A DNA stretch of 64,000 nucleotides from Octopus bimaculoides (taxonomy: Eukaryota), in assembly GCF_001194135.2 (NCBI RefSeq), contig NC_068981.1, positions 82,572,443 to 82,636,442 of the forward strand, given 5' to 3'. Of the stretch, positions 51,844 through 64,000 are shown one piece after another. Position numbers and translations under genes: made by a program. The notes under the pieces are model-generated. The model saw only the letters and a list, made by a program, of their open reading frames with translations. It was not told the DNA's origin and made no database searches. Within the stretch, counting starts at the first letter, position 1, and every line of letters starts with the position of its first letter.

Positions 51844-52821
51844 GAAACAGTTAATATTATCACAGAAATGACATAAGTTTATTTCAAATTATCATATCGA
51901 TTTCTTCATCTAAGCTTCTTCTATATTTTCTTTTCTATTTCTTCATTGGCAACTAAACAATATTTTCTGTCAACGTAATATTACCTTCATTCAATAAATC
52001 TCTCTTTTTCTCTTAAACACACACACTCAGACACACACACACACACTCTTTCTCTCTCTCTCTCTTTTCCAGTCACTACCATTCATCATTGTCTATTCTC
52101 TCTTTTCCTTTTGTTCTTCCCCTCAATTCTTTTTACTTCCTTTCTTTATTTATCCTCCTGCTCTTCATTCATGTTGTATAACCACCCAACACATTAGGGT
52201 GACTTGTTTGTTGTCTTAATGCTTTGCATATTTCTCCTTCTATCTACAATTTCCATCTTAGCTGCATATTATATACACTTACCAATTCTCTTATCACATA
52301 TTGTATTTTCCTCATGTTCGTCTTTTGTTACACCTTTTCGAAACATTCTCTCAAAACCAGAAACCTCAAGACGCCATTTTCCTGATTTTCTCCGCTTTGC
52401 CATAGTTTTTCTCTCATTATTATTTGTTTCTTTAGTTTTACGTTTTCCCTTCATCTCATGTATTTCATCTCGTTTGACATATATCATTTCAGTGTCCCAC
52501 ACGCTTCTTCTCGAACCATCATCTCTCTCCCCTCCTTCTCTTCTTCCATCTGCTCCACCTCCTGTTTCTTTCTTTCGTTTTTTTTTCTTTCTTTTTTTTT
52601 CAATTCCAGTCCATTCCCTTTGCTTCACTGACTCGATATCTTCCTCAATTCCCCAAACTGAAAAATTCTGTCGAAAATTTCCTTCTGCTTTTCTACATTC
52701 ACTTTCTCTACTTTCTTCTATGCATATTTCAAGAAACACAGCGTGAACTACACCACCACTGTCATAACCTACTTCACAACAACCACCACAACAACTACTG
52801 TTATTACTACTGTTTCTGCTG

Positions 52822-52822
52822 T

Positions 52823-52886
<64 letters not shown>
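52822..52886. repeat. (CTA)n microsatellite
   Basis: Direct reading. Confidence 0.95.
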
Positions 52887-52887
<1 letters not shown>

Positions 52888-53193
52888 ATGTCACTAACTT
52901 CTCATTTTCTCTCCTCTTATTCAATATCGTTTATCGCTATTTTGCTTACAATTCCTCTTTCTCCAGTAATTATACATTATTTCGATTCCCCTTGTGTCGC
53001 ATTTTGTGTTTTATAGTGCAACTCTACTACTTCGTTTTGCACACTGCATCCATAGAAACTGAAATCTTTTTTGGGGGGAAATAATCTGCTTTCTTCATAT
53101 GTGTGCGTAGAAAATCAAATATTCCAATTTCAAACGTCCAAAACTAAAAGAGAAAAAACAGAAAAACTTTCCACTTTACTCTCTCTCTCTCTC

Positions 53194-53226
<33 letters not shown>

Positions 53227-53557
53227 ATCCCCCTCTCTCGCTTTCTCAGTCTCTCTCATTTTTTTTTTCATTTTAGTAACTGACCGGCCTCTATTTGAAA
53301 ACGATGAAATGGAACTGTCTTTGTGAACGGAATTAGTGACACGAAGTTGATTCCTTTCTTAGACTGTAACTATCTCCATAGTTGCATTAAGAGAAGACAA
53401 TACATCTGACTGTAGTGATATTGCGAAAGATGAAATAACGTTTACCAATTTATACTACAATGTGTTTTCTATTGAACTGTTGCTATACTAACAACCCATC
53501 TTGAAAGGTAAAGTCGATCAAATTGGGTTACTACTGTACTACTATTTTAGCTTGTTA

Positions 53558-53660
53558 GTTATTCTCTATCGGTAACTTTGCTAAATCGCTTAGCTATGGG
53601 CACACAATCAAACAAACACCGGTTGCCGAGCAATAGAGAACGAACACTGACACACACGCA
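53558..53660 (-). mobile_element. SINE family A, very degenerate central fragment
   Basis: ttattctctatcgg..tttgctaaatcgcttagctatggg..aacaccggttgcc loosely collinear with the 57.2 kb copy. Confidence 0.45.
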
Positions 53661-53680
53661 CGCACACACACACACACGCA

Positions 53681-53711
<31 letters not shown>

Positions 53712-54155
53712 GCACACACACATACACACACACATATATATATATTTAAATATTTAAATATATACTGTACCTTATGAGTAATTCATAGTCTTTAGACTAA
53801 ACTTTTATACGCTAGGCCNNNNNNNNNNNNNNNNNNNNNNNNNNNNNNNNNNNNNNNNNNNNNNNNNNNNNNNNNNNNNNNNNNNNNNNNNNNNNNNNNN
53901 NNNNNNNNNNNNNNNNNNNNNNNNNNNNNNNNNNNNNNNNNNNNNNNNNNNNNNNNNNNNNNNNNNNNNNNNNNNNNNNNNNNNNNNNNNNNNNNNNNNN
54001 NNNNNNNNNNNNNNNNNNNNNNNNNNNNNNNNNNNNNNNNNNNNNNNNNNNNNNNNNNNNNNNNNNNNNNNNNNNNNNNNNNNNNNNNNNNNNNNNNNNN
54101 NNNNNNNNNNNNNNNNNNNNNNNNNNNNNNNNNNNNNNNNNNNNNNNNNNNNNNN

Positions 54156-54214
54156 CTGGTATTTAATTTATCGATCCCGAAATGATGAAAGGTAAAGTCG
54201 ATCTCGGCGGAATT
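54156..54214 (-). mobile_element. SINE family B central block, cut by a gap
   Basis: ctggtatttaatttatcgatcccgaaatgatgaaaggtaaagtcgatctcggcggaatt. Confidence 0.8.
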
Positions 54215-54339
54215 ATATCTGTAAATACTAGTAATATCTTATAAGCCTTTAGCTTATAAGCAATCACCGTGTAATGACTGAATAGTCTAATATTGGAGTA
54301 TAAAAAACTACTGCGCGCGCGCACACACACACACACATA

Positions 54340-54798
54340 CAAAAGGTGCGATAGGTAAATTATCGCCATTTTATATTTTTTTTTAATTTCTCACATGCGC
54401 ATTGTTTGTTTTTGGATCTTGTCGACTACACATTATAGTAGGGTCAGTTGGACACCATCTGTGAGAAAAACAGCACCATGATGCGATTCATTCAGACAGA
54501 AATTTGGAAATGATATATTATACTGCATGGCATGAGAGCCGGAAGCTCCAATACGAAATTTCAGAGTGTTTGGATGTGAATCTGAGGACAGTGCAGAGGA
54601 TTCAGAAAGAGTTGAATGAGTCTAATGATGATTACGAAAGTATAGCAGCCCGAAAAACTCACTCCGATTGTTCTGATAAGAAAAGAACTCTTGAATGTGT
54701 TGGTGAGATCCAGGCCATGGTTGACAACGATACCTCCAAGTCAATCAGGCTGGTAATGCATGAAGACGTTCGGTATTCTTTATAGAAGATGAGAAAGA
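54340..54798 (+). mobile_element. Left (5') half of a DD37D/maT-type transposon: left TIR plus N-terminal HTH region
   Basis: TA|caaaaggtgcgataggtaaattatcgcca resembles the reverse complement of the 12.9 kb TIR; MMRFIQTEIWK*..GMRAGSSNT/EISECLDVNLRTVQRIQKEL..ARKTHSDCSDKKRT..IQAMVDNDTSKSIR/VMHEDVRYSL*KMRK. Confidence 0.82.
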
Positions 54799-55297
54799 GT
54801 CCCAATCGTGCTATAGATTCTAGCAGCTCGCCGCCTTTACCTGTAATTAATATTGCCCAATCTTTTAAATGTTAGCGTCAAACCGATTCTCTCTGAAGAT
54901 TTCGATAAAGATCCAAGTGTTAGCGTAACACAGAAACCACTTACAATATAATAAGAGGAGAAAGATTTTCGAATAACAACTAATATTTTCATCATCCTCT
55001 CAGGTACTACACTATTCTACTGAGCGTGTAGTACCCTATAGTTTCAAGAATCAGAGGAAAGAATTGTGCGTAAAAATAGTCGCATAGTTAGACAGCAATA
55101 TTTATTAACAAGCAATTAATTCAGTGACGGGAAGAAGCAGAAAATGAGAAATTTGAACACTTCAGAGAGATGCGCCTCGATAAACACCATAGTCCATTTA
55201 TTATTCAATTCAGTTTTTAATGATATATGCGCACAGACTGATACACAAACGTGCGCTCATACACGCTCATATTTACATATATATATCTATATCTATA

Positions 55298-55335
<38 letters not shown>

Positions 55336-56085
55336 NNNNNNNNNNNNNNNNNNNNNNNNNNNNNNNNNNNNNNNNNNNNNNNNNNNNNNNNNNNNNNNNN
55401 NNNNNNNNNNNNNNNNNNNNNNNNNNNNNNNNNNNNNNNNNNNNNNNNNNNNNNNNNNNNNNNNNNNNNNNNNNNNNNNNNNNNNNNNNNNNNNNNNNNN
55501 NNNNNNNNNNNNNNNNNNNNNNNNNNNNNNNNNNNNNNNNNNNNNNNNNNNNNNNNNNNNNNNNNNNNNNNNNNNNNNNNNNNNNNNNNNNNNNNNNNNN
55601 NNNNNNNNNNNNNNNNNNNNNNNNNNNNNNNNNNNNNNNNNNNNNNNNNNNNNNNNNNNNNNNNNNNNNNNNNNNNNNNNNNNNNNNNNNNNNNNNNNNN
55701 NNNNNNNNNNNNNNNNNNNNNNNNNNNNNNNNNNNNNNNNNNNNNNNNNNNNNNNNNNNNNNNNNNNNNNNNNNNNNNNNNNNNNNNNNNNNNNNNNNNN
55801 NNNNNNNNNNNNNNNNNNNNNNNNNNNNNNNNNNNNNNNNNNNNNNNNNNNNNNNNNNNNNNNNNNNNNNNNNNNNNNNNNNNNNNNNNNNNNNNNNNNN
55901 NNNNNNNNNNNNNNNNNNCATATATATAATATATATATATATATATGTATATATATAATATATATATGTGTATATGTATATATATAATATATATATGTGT
56001 ATATATATGTATATGATATATATATGTATATGATTATAATATATATGTAAACGATATATATGTGTGCGCGCGCGTGTGTGTATGA

Positions 56086-56134
<49 letters not shown>

Positions 56135-56152
56135 NNNNNNNNNNTCTATCTA

Positions 56153-56187
<35 letters not shown>

Positions 56188-57104
56188 CTTTGCACATTGC
56201 CCTCAATAACATCTATTTCGAGTGGAATTGTTAAACTCTTTAGCATTACAAAGAGAGTACAGTATGCGAATTAGAATTCTCTCAACTGTTTCGTTTATAA
56301 TTTACGTGTTGTCCCCAAAATTGCTTTTCTATATTTTCATTGCAAAGAGGGTGCTGAAGAGTTCCTGTCTTTAAAGTATCGCTAAAGGCCTAGCTGGAGG
56401 CCCAAACTTCCAAGTTCTTTTACAGGGCTTCAAAAAACTGAAGGACCACTGCAATAAATGTATGAATCTGAGAGGGGAATATGTTGAATAAAATCATGAT
56501 GAACCGATCCTCCTGTATTTTCTTTTACCGAAAGCCAGGAAGTATTCAGAACCGCATCGTATTTTATGTAGAATAGCGTCTTTCTGCATTCCTGACGGCG
56601 TATGTGAGAAAGGAATGTATCTTGCTTGGTGTAGAACTAATATTGCAAATAAATTCAATTCTAAAGAACCGGCTTTCGGTTTACTCGTCAACATTTACAA
56701 CTTTCGGCGATATACAACGACAAATGACACACACATAGCTATGTATATACATATGTGACAGCGTTCCGTCCAGTTTCGATCTGTTCAATTCCAGTTACAT
56801 GATATTATTTAACCTATAGTTATCACTGAACATTGGCCCAATGTTCGGCAAGGTGGAATTTAGTCTGGCATTACAGAGACATATCCACATATCCTAACTC
56901 GACTATCTGTATGAACTCACATCTTGTGTCATTATTTTACTAGAATTTACTGTTGGGATGTTGCTTATGTTTCAGAGTGTTGAGATCAAGCTTGAAAGAA
57001 TGCTCATTTACGATGCTACCGAAGAATATGATGTCAGTTTTATGCAGCTGAGTCAACAGACAATGATCCAGATCTTGTGCTGTAATAGATTCAATAAGTC
57101 CTTT

Positions 57105-57297
57105 CATTCTTTTATTGTTTCATTTGTTTCAGTCATTTGCCTGCGGAGCACCGCCTTTAGCCGAACAAATCAACCCCAGGGCTTATTCTTTGTAAGCCTA
57201 TCGGTTCTTTTGCCGGGCTGCTATGTTCCGGGGTCGTAAACACACTAACACCGGTTGTCAAGTGATGGTGGGAGCAAAAACACAGACACACAAACAT

Positions 57298-57345
<48 letters not shown>
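57105..57345 (-). mobile_element. SINE family A, 3' half plus (CA)n
   Basis: tttgtttcagtcatttg..ggagcaccgcctttag..cttattctttgtaagccta..ccggttgtcaagtgatggtggg. Confidence 0.88.
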
Positions 57346-57347
<2 letters not shown>

Positions 57348-58802
57348 ATATATTTCACCAGTTCTTAAAGTTACTATCACGAGACAATTTTTCCATCTAT
57401 AAATTTCAAACATTTACCACTTTAATAAATAACTAAACTTACTACTAAATTACTGTGTATATAACCTGGCTCTCTTATTTGATGTACTTTGTTTTAACAG
57501 CACTAGCAATTATCAAGAAAAGGGAGTCTGAGTGGCTTACTATAACCTAATATCCATTGCCTAATGTGAGGAGAACTTTACTATAATTCCAGCGATAACA
57601 AAGTAAAATAAATTCTCATCTTGGGAGGCAATTTAACAGGGAGCCTACATTTCCCTCTATCAGCACTTATTTTTGTTTCAGTGATGAGTATATGAATGAA
57701 AATCGAAAGCAAATAGCCTACTAGTTTGTCAATATTATCAATTGGTTGTAAAATCTGATGTGAATAACTAAAAAATTACACGTGATGTCTGAAAACTGAT
57801 GTCAGATTCGGATTCAGCACCCTAAAATTACCCTAAATCATCTGAAAAAGTTGAAATAGCATGACATCCTCCTTATCGTCGTCTGTCCGTTAATTAAAAG
57901 CAAATTTCTGTTAAATCCCACTCTATCAGCTTTAAAAAAAGTTACATTATATATTGTGTCCTCTTAGTTACACTTTATTTCAAATGTCCTCTTAGTTACA
58001 TTTCATATGAAATAAACAAATAAATAACTGCTTAATACCATTGCTTTTAGGTTTCCTGTATCATGGTTGAACTCTGACTAAGTCACAATTCCGTAGGTAA
58101 ATTTATGTAACGTTTATGACTCAATCATCCGCATCTCATATTCTGTCTACCAAATGTAAAGCTGTAACGCGTTCGCTCAACCTAAAAGATAAGAGAACAT
58201 GATGACCTCTGCTAGGACATCTCAGAGTATAAATATCTTCCATGACAGCAGATTTGTGATAAAGCTATAATGGCAGATCTTTCAATTAGACATCTCGTCC
58301 TACATGCGGATGCCCAGCATAAGCGTATTGATCAACACTGCTTTGGTATACCCTATAATGATGCTGAATTTTGAAGCTGGTATTTTTTTCTTTCAATGTA
58401 AAATCACGGCTATTGAGCATTGATGTTGGATATTTACTAACAACCTTCTTTTGTTAGTTTGACATCTCGAATGAAGGTTTAATATTGCAGTAAACATCTC
58501 ATGAGAACATGAAACTGCACAGAATGTACAGGATATTTTTCATCGCAACATTCTTGACAATGCTTCAATTTCTATAGTGCCTTTTAAAAGGTACAATGCA
58601 AATTATTTAAAAGGGAACATGTATTTATTGATTCTCCCCTTACATTCTGTATTGATATGTGACAAAATTCAGAGTATGCTGCAGACTAACATTTTTGTTC
58701 GTAAATTGGTCGTTTTGTATATCATCAAATTCTTTACACAATTTTGATGTGAACTTTTGTTTAGATCTCCATCAAAGGTTATTTTCTTGCACACCACTTC
58801 TA

Positions 58803-58846
<44 letters not shown>

Positions 58847-59025
58847 GTTTATTATTACGGCGACGAACTGGCAGAATTGTTAACATTATTTTGACTGACA
58901 GAATCAAACAAACTGAGAGAACCAACTAGTATATCGCTGACATCAAATAGAAGACAAACTCATCAAAATCAAAACCAGAATGAGAATCACGTCTGGTCAT
59001 ACGAGTGTTCCTCGACTACATGCTT

Positions 59026-59081
<56 letters not shown>

Positions 59082-59104
59082 CAACATCATCATCATCATC
59101 ATCA
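59026..59104. repeat. (CAT)n microsatellite
   Basis: Direct reading. Confidence 0.95.
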
Positions 59105-60254
59105 CTTGTCTATTCTATTTTCCCAAGAGACTTCCTCCTTATCATTGTCGTTAAATTCGTCATCACCGGTATCGTCGTCATCGTCGCGCAATATCTTCAT
59201 CATCATTAATATCGTTCATTATCATTTAATAAATAGCATTCGTACAGGTTTTATTTGTCAGATATGTTATTCAAGAAATCACCAAAAAAACATTAAAAAA
59301 AAGTAGATAGAAAAACAAACAAAATAAACAACAAAAACATACACAAAAATATTCCATAGTCAAGTCAGCAAATTAAAACGTATATAAAAAATAAAATAAA
59401 CTAAAATGAAAGTAACGAGTAATGAAATTACCGTAATTAATCGAAAATAAAATATTTTTCTCGAATAACCCACCTAATCCGTGCCAATTAATATTTTAAA
59501 CCATTTACCGGTTTTGGGATCTCCAATTTAGATAAAAACGCGTTAAATTAATTTCGGTTTGCTCTTGCTTTCTTCTATTCTAATTTCTAATCTTGGCAAA
59601 AGATTTCATTACTAGGTTTTAATTGGCTAATCAATCTATAGATAAACTGAAATCAATTAACATCNNNNNNNNNNNNNNNNNNNNNNNNNNNNNNNNNNNN
59701 NNNNNNNNNNNNNNNNNNNNNNNNNNNNNNNNNNNNNNNNNNNNNNNNNNNNNNNNNNNNNNNNNNNNNNNNNNNNNNNNNNNNNNNNNNNNNNNNNNNN
59801 NNNNNNNNNNNNNNNNNNNNNNNNNNNNNNNNNNNNNNNNNNNNNNNNNNNNNNNNNNNNNNNNNNNNNNNNNNNNNNNNNNNNNNNNNNNNNNNNNNNN
59901 NNNNNNNNNNNNNNNNNNNNNNNNNNNNNNNNNNNNNNNNNNNNNNNNNNNNNNNNNNNNNNNNNNNNNNNNNNNNNNNNNNNNNNNNNNNNNNNNNNNN
60001 NNNNNNNNNNNNNNNNNNNNNNNNNNNNNNNNNNNNNNNNNNNNNNNNNNNNNNNNNNNNNNNNNNNNNNNNNNNNNNNNNNNNNNNNNNNNNNNNNNNN
60101 NNNNNNNNNNNNNNNNNNNNNNNNNNNNNNNNNNNNNNNNNNNNNNNNNNNNNNNNNNNNNNNNNNNNNNNNNNNNNNNNNNNNNNNNNNNNNNNNNNNN
60201 NNNNNNNNNNNNNNNNNNNNNNNNNNNNNNNNNNNNNNNNNNNNNNNNNNNNNN

Positions 60255-60287
<33 letters not shown>

Positions 60288-60888
60288 TATATACACACAC
60301 ACGTACATATACATAGCTATATAGGTGTGGTTGTATTTGTGTGTCTGTGTGTGTACGTTTGTGAGTATGTGTGCGTGTGTTTATATGTGTATGTGTTTGC
60401 TCGTGTGTCTGTATGTGCTTGCGTGTTGTGCCTGCATGTGTGTGAGATTTATGAACGAAATACTGTTTATATGTGTGTGTTGAAAATCTTTTTTCAGTAT
60501 ATCGTTTGCATTGTTTAAGTTGCCTGAATATTTTTGTTTTTGATTTACTTTTCTAGATATAAGAAATCGCCTGCTACAAATCTGAGATGCTTTCCGTATT
60601 ACTTTACATCTGTGTTAAATATTACTGTATTGTCTTAAATTTTCTCGCATTAACTTAAATTTATGTACAACTGTTTATATTTTTTATATTGTATAACGGC
60701 TTAATGAAACATGTGTGCGTATGTGTGCGTGTGTGTGTATGTATGTATGTGTGTGAGTGTGTTTTCCTATGCAAGTATGTATCTGTCGATATATGAATAC
60801 ATCTTCCCTGTATGTTTGTCTCTCTCTCTCACTCTGTACACACACACTCACACCCATATATCCATATGTTTGTATATATGTGTATCTT

Positions 60889-60952
<64 letters not shown>

Positions 60953-60988
60953 TTTATATATACATATATATATATATANNNNNNNNNN

Positions 60989-61290
60989 TCCAGATTGATA
61001 GCGATATCTTTGATACACACAGAACAAAAAACAGTAGAGAAGAGTAACTGTGTGTATCAAAGATATCGCTATCAATCTGGAGTAATAATTTGTAGTTTTG
61101 AAATCAGTAGTTCTTTGACTGCTATTTCGAAATTCTCAGTATGTTGGAGAAGCAGGTTACTGTCAATCCCTATATATTTATGATTATAAATTTTTACAGA
61201 AGAAGGTTTTTTCATACTGAGCTACCCGGCAAAATTGTTGATTATTAATTTTATTACTAATTGACGATTCCCTGCCCTGCATATCTATAT
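60989..61290. repeat. Copy 2 of the 10.1-10.4 kb family, starting with a perfect 34-bp inverted repeat
   Basis: 60989-61022 is the exact reverse complement of 61048-61081; 61088-61288 matches 10198-10400. Confidence 0.88.
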
Positions 61291-61419
61291 ATATATATAC
61301 ATATATACACATACACTCACACACACAAATACACATACATGTATGTGTATTGTTGTTGTTGGCATCCTTTTGTCTCGGGAGTCATTGGAGTTGCGCATAA
61401 ACTAATCCAGTCTGATTTT

Positions 61420-61790
61420 TACATTTCATGTCTTCTCCAGTTTCCTCTCCAGTTTTGCGCAGGCCTGGGCTAGATTTAAGAAAATCCTGGGTAGCCCAAT
61501 CGTCAGGATTCCTCTCTTTACCTTCCTGACGTAGTCCAAAGGTGTGCAGAGCATTACGTTTGGCACCAGCTTGGTTGCAGGAAATGCCGGAAGAGTCTCG
61601 AGTCGAACACTAAACCGCCTACGGGGCTCCACTCCGGATTTCTTTGAAGGTTGTCTCCTTTCCGTAACTCTGGATAGGGACCCATATCGGGTACTGTCAG
61701 CCGGAGCCAGCTGAGCCCGGACCTGTGTCAAGCAGGGTTGTCACTCCCTGAAGTAGTGAAGAAAATCGCTACCCACTACCTATGTATATA
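61420..61790 (-). mobile_element. Probable 5' UTR/leader region of an RTE-clade LINE
   Basis: GC-rich block ggagtggagccccgtaggcgg..aagctggtgccaaacgtaatgctctgc..cctttggactac..tcctgacgattgggctacccagg resembles RTE/BovB-type 5' leaders as I recall them; no RT codons visible. Confidence 0.45.
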
Positions 61791-62113
61791 TGTACANNNN
61801 NNNNNNNNNNNNNNNNNNNNNNNNNNNNNNNNNNNNNNNNNNNNNNNNNNNNNNNNNNNNNNNNNNNNNNNNNNNNNNNNNNNNNNNNNNNNNNNNNNNN
61901 NNNNNNNNNNNNNNNNNNNNNNNNNNNNNNNNNNNNNNNNNNNNNNNNNNNNNNNNNNNNNNNNNNNNNNNNNNNNNNNNNNNNNNNNNNNNNNNNNNNN
62001 NNNNNNNNNNNNNNNNNNNNNNNNNNNNNNNNNNNNNNNNNNNNNNNNNNNNNNNNNNNNNNNNNNNNNNNNNNNNNNNNNNNNNNNNNNNNNNNNNNNN
62101 NNNNNNNNNNNNN

Positions 62114-62153
<40 letters not shown>

Positions 62154-62164
62154 CGAGCGAGAGA

Positions 62165-62181
62165 GGAGATAGATAGATAGG

Positions 62182-62257
<76 letters not shown>
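62165..62257. repeat. (GATA)n microsatellite
   Basis: Direct reading. Confidence 0.95.
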
Positions 62258-62258
<1 letters not shown>

Positions 62259-62513
62259 GGAGGGAGAGAGAGTGTGTGTGTGTAATTGAGAAAAATGGCT
62301 GGAATAGTTTAGTGAAGCTTACGAATATGCGCCGACTAAAATTCAGACGTTACAGCTAATCATATTCTTTTATCTGCTTGGTCTGTCAAGTTTCAATATT
62401 TTAATGCTTCGTCAGAGATGGGTTACTTATATATTTCATTACAGGTACTTATAAATTTTAAATTGATAATTGTTATAGTAACAAATAACTTTGAATTTCT
62501 TGTACAAATTTGA

Positions 62514-62733
62514 AGTGGCGAGCTGACAGAATCATTACCGCGGTAGAACTAATACTTAGCGGTATTTTCTCCGTCTATACGTTCTGAGTTTAAATACCAC
62601 CAGGATCGACTTTGTATTTCACCCTTTCGTGGTCTATCAAATAAGTATCACTTGAGCAGCGGTGTTGATGTAATCAATTTACTCTATCTACCAAAGCTGT
62701 TGGTCTTGTATCAAAATTTGAAACCAGTATTAT
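62514..62733 (+). mobile_element. SINE family B, near full length
   Basis: gtggcgagctgacagaatcatta..ttagcggtattttctccgtctatacgttctgagtttaaat..gatcgactttgtatttcaccctttcg..caaaatttgaaaccagtatta. Confidence 0.88.
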
Positions 62734-64000
62734 GTACAAAGTCAGTTAGAACTAACAGAGTCGGCCGTAATTTGTGCACCCGAACAAATATTGCCAGCGA
62801 ACACGATTCTATTTACTCATCCCCTGCAAAAAGAAACGCTTCTATAGTTGCAGTTGTCATTGCTGTTGTTAACTATGAGTAGTTCATGTTCCAGCAGATT
62901 TATGGTTAAATTGTTTCCGCTGTGACAATTACGTAAATACTGTATAACTAAATATACAACGACAAAAAATTATGTTGCGAAATTTGAGCGTTATTTCTAG
63001 TTTGGATAACTTTTTTCTCTTCAAGAAAATGTAAGATGTCCAGTTTGCTTGTGACTTACTTTACTCACTTGAAACAATGAAAAGCCTAAAAGAAAATTTA
63101 TTTGGAATATGAGAAAAATACACCAAGACACCTTACTCTGCTTATAATGTCAGTTTGGTTTAGGCTATAATTACTGAAATTTCCGGTAATAAAAATGGTG
63201 TATTGTTTTGATTAAGATTGTCGGTGGTGTTCCACACCGCATCAGCTATGATCATTCTTATTGAGGATCACGTGTGTACTATCGTGAAAACATTTCCTTT
63301 TTTTTTTTGTTTTTGCACTGCAACGCGTTATCTATTATATCCATTTTAATCCTCTAGCATTTAAACAGGCGCTACCCAGCCCAAATAGTCTACCTGTTTT
63401 ATGATCAAACTGCCCAGATGCAGCAGCCTCTCTCGTCTATCCTATATTATCACTCTAAAAATAAAAAATATCGTCAATGAACTCTTGGAAATTAATTAAA
63501 AAATACGAGAATAAGCAATACATCTGACAAAGTAATCTGAACGCTACAATGTTAAAGAGGATAGTATGCAATTTGAGAGAGATTTTTTTCTTTAACTTGA
63601 CAGTGAGCAACTTTGTAGAAACATTTCTCTTTACTAGAGTTTCTTTTAGACTTTAGTAATAGCATTTCTAAAATGTATTTACAGAGATAAATCCGAACTG
63701 AAATGAGTAATCAACGCATATCTTGCTCTTTTCTCTCCTATTTAAATGCAAAATATTCTGGTTATTTATGGTGTAATAGAATATATTGGGCCTATATTAA
63801 TGTAATCATTATTGTTTGTACGGATGTATGTAATTACCGTTTAATTTCCAGTAAACTCTAACTCAATCAAGCGAACCTACAAGAGCTGTTGTAACTATGA
63901 TCATTTCACTTTTTCATACTGAGATGTGATATATCTAGCACTACATAAGGTGTTGTGTCAACCCATTCCATAGATTTTAACTGTCATTTCTATCAGGAGG

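Noticed and set aside
52204-52746. Overlapping 180-aa and 156-aa ORFs
   Set aside because: The pyrimidine/purine strand-skewed tract is depleted of stop codons; the products are compositionally biased.
55003-55035. 10-bp inverted repeat near the maT left-half breakpoint
   Set aside because: Short enough to occur by chance; it does not complete a ribozyme or TIR.

Overview
AT-rich eukaryotic non-coding DNA from a gappy draft assembly. There are about 20 N-gaps totalling about 5.6 kb, mostly at (TA)n arrays. The repeat families match those I recall from coleoid cephalopods, most likely Octopus (inference; no search was run). I see no intact protein-coding gene, rRNA, true tRNA or CRISPR array, and almost all ORFs in the supplied track are microsatellite or N-gap artefacts. 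Supported content: three tRNA-derived SINE families (about 20 copies or fragments), a DD37D (maT-type) and two mariner transposon remnants, non-LTR retrotransposon fragments (RTE, R4/Dong-like, HERO/NeSL-like), and many microsatellites. Main observations: (1) a 148-bp inverted repeat at 36.7-37.1 kb whose two arms each carry a Penelope-type minimal hammerhead ribozyme motif, plus further hammerhead-like motifs, several with a non-canonical CC-start core; (2) left and right halves of a maT transposon lying 42 kb apart, same strand, permuted order, with breakpoints overlapping by about 8 bp; (3) two 5'-inverted LINE insertions from different clades, and two Dong-like 3' ends stacked in one (AAT)n array; (4) two phase-compatible candidate coding exons on the minus strand at 7.4-9.3 kb, possibly part of a long-intron gene.
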